The position numbers and the translations under genes were made by a program. This document shows, piece after piece, positions 62,260 to 64,000 of a stretch of DNA of 64,000 nt. Every line of letters starts with the position of its first letter. Positions within the stretch are counted from its first letter, which is position 1. The notes under the pieces were generated by a model, which was not told the DNA's origin, did no database searches, and saw nothing but the letters and a program-made list of their open reading frames with translations. Origin of the DNA: Synechococcus sp. (lineage in GTDB: Bacteria > Cyanobacteriota > Cyanobacteriia > Thermostichales > PCC-7336); the NCBI GenBank assembly GCA_051439605.1, contig JBFRWN010000124.1, positions 32,001 through 96,000 on the forward strand, read 5' to 3'.

Positions 62260-63375
62260 ATGCACCAATCCTTTCGCTTTGCGATCGCCAGCGATTTGCA
62301 CATTGCCTTGCCCCACACCATTCACCCTCAGCCGGGTCGCTTTCACCTGCTGGAAGTCAGCATTCCTGCCTGGGAACGGGTGCTTGAGGAATTAGCTGCC
62401 TACGATCTAGATTTCATGATTTTGCCGGGGGATTTAACCAAAGATGGCGAACCTGAAAATCATGAATGGCTGCTAAACAGCTTGAACGCACTCCCGTTTC
62501 CCGTATTTTTGATTCCAGGAAATCACGACATCCGCTCCCCTCAAACGTCAGAGCATTCCATCGGGCTATCGGACTTTGCCCACTATTATCGCGATTACGG
62601 TTACGGTCATCCCAGCCAGCTCTACTATACGTGCAGCCCCGTTCCCGGCGTTCGCCTGATTGCCCTCAATTCCACGATGTTCGATTGTAACGGACAGCAG
62701 TTGGGGCGCTTGGATGACGCTCAGCTGCTGTGGCTGGAGGAAGTCCTGGAATACTTAGGCAACGAATTGGCGATCGTGGTGATTCACCACAATGTGTTGG
62801 AGCATTTACCCAACCAATCCAAACATCCCATGGGGCGGCGTTACATGTTGGATAATGCCCGGCAACTGCGCCAGATGTTAAAAGATGCAGGGGTTCATCT
62901 GATCCTGACTGGTCATCTGCACGTTCAAGATATTGCTCGAGATGGCTCCCTGCATGAAATCACCACAGGCTCCCTAGTGAGCTATCCCCATCCCTTTCGT
63001 ATTCTGGAAGGCTCTGTGGCAGACAACGGCGATCGCCTGCTCTCGGTTAACTCCCATCGGGTGCAGATTGTGGATGGCTGGCCCGATCTGCAAACCCACT
63101 CCCGCCAGTCAATGGGGAAATCCAGTTTGAAATTTATCCTCAGTCTGTTAACCGAGCCCCCCGTTTCTATGCCGGCAGCCGAGGCCCGAAAATTTGCGCC
63201 GGATTTGCAGGATTTTTGGCCCGCGATTGCTGCTGGAGACGCCCAATTTCACTTCCCTACCATGCCTCCCGCCGCTCGCAAACTTTTGGAAGCCTTTAGT
63301 GCTCCTGCAGACAGTCCTGGGGACAACGACACCGTACTGAGGTTTGCATCCCCCATTCCGCTAAGCCGGTTGTAG
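62260..63375 (+). CDS. Calcineurin-like metallophosphoesterase
   Basis: SDLH, PGDLT, PGNHD, HHN, TGHLH; probable ATG 62260. Confidence 0.92.
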   Translation: MHQSFRFAIASDLHIALPHTIHPQPGRFHLLEVSIPAWERVLEELAAYDLDFMILPGDLTKDGEPENHEWLLNSLNALPFPVFLIPGNHDIRSPQTSEHSIGLSDFAHYYRDYGYGHPSQLYYTCSPVPGVRLIALNSTMFDCNGQQLGRLDDAQLLWLEEVLEYLGNELAIVVIHHNVLEHLPNQSKHPMGRRYMLDNARQLRQMLKDAGVHLILTGHLHVQDIARDGSLHEITTGSLVSYPHPFRILEGSVADNGDRLLSVNSHRVQIVDGWPDLQTHSRQSMGKSSLKFILSLLTEPPVSMPAAEARKFAPDLQDFWPAIAAGDAQFHFPTMPPAARKLLEAFSAPADSPGDNDTVLRFASPIPLSRL

Positions 63376-64000
63376 CGAGCGGCGGGGAATTTCGTAGGTG
63401 AGGCGATCGCGGGCCATTAGCGTATTGGGGAAAATCGCTTGCGCTTCAGCCTGCAATTCTTCCAACGAGATCGGGGCCTCAGGACCGTAACGAGGACTGA
63501 AGTGGGTCAGCATCAGTGTGTCAACATTGGCTTCGCAGGCCACTTGAGCGGCCATCGCGGCAGTGGAATGTTTGGCCCGTTTGGCCAGATGAAGGTCCGG
63601 TTCAGCGAAGGTGGCTTCGTGAATGAGTAGGTCAGAGGCCCGGGCGAGATCGATCGCGTTACGGCAATAGATTGTATCGGTGCAGTAGGCCAGTTTGCGA
63701 CCGGGGAGATCTGCTCCCACATAATCCCGTCCGTCGACTGTCCGACCGTCTTCCAGCTGAATCGTCTCGCCGGCTTTCAAGCGTCCGTAAATGGGGCCGG
63801 GGGGGATATTGTCTGCTTTGGCTTTGGCAAGGTTGAAGGTGCCGGGGCGATCGCGCTCTACAATCCGGTATCCAAATGCTTGGACTCGGTGGTCGAGGGG
63901 GGCGCTGTACACTTGATACTCTCCCTCATCTAAGATCAAGCCCGTTTCGACACCGTGAATGCGGTAAGGATAGTTAATCCGGCTCTCGCTCCAACGCAGT
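63361..64000 (-). CDS. rnz: Ribonuclease Z (5' part lies outside the window)
   Basis: LDHRV.AFGYR, PPGPIYGRLK, YCTDT, IHEATF, HST, THFSPRY; frame stays open to the window edge. Confidence 0.96.
   Translation of the reverse strand, partial: LRWSESRINYPYRIHGVETGLILDEGEYQVYSAPLDHRVQAFGYRIVERDRPGTFNLAKAKADNIPPGPIYGRLKAGETIQLEDGRTVDGRDYVGADLPGRKLAYCTDTIYCRNAIDLARASDLLIHEATFAEPDLHLAKRAKHSTAAMAAQVACEANVDTLMLTHFSPRYGPEAPISLEELQAEAQAIFPNTLMARDRLTYEIPRRSLQPA

Overview
Cyanobacterial chromosomal window. The HIP1 octamer GCGATCGC is abundant, and Ycf51, Ccb1, NblB-like, SigC and Zur/FurB genes are present. The core is the rplC-to-infA ribosomal protein cluster (31.0-42.3 kb). It is flanked by housekeeping genes (thiD, thiO, folD, rdgB, gatA, hemC, rlmD, bioB, moaA, rnz), signalling genes (a 1859-aa Ser/Thr kinase-AAA-GAF-His kinase, a single-domain response regulator, and a PAS His kinase paired with a GGDEF-REC protein), an atypical cytochrome P450 and several fusion proteins. 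Decay features include an IS630 remnant, a GNAT pseudogene, a GST fragment and three copies of a ~95-bp MITE-like element. I recognised no rRNA, tRNA or CRISPR array. The best candidate for an undescribed system is the ~200-nt leader of an Orn/Lys/Arg decarboxylase gene (52.3-52.5 kb). It resembles a degenerate SRP (ffs) RNA and carries two in-frame uORFs, the second coupled to a TTG start. A structured, terminator-ended orphan region at 23.3-23.8 kb is a second ncRNA candidate. All family calls come from motif recognition by eye, not database searches.
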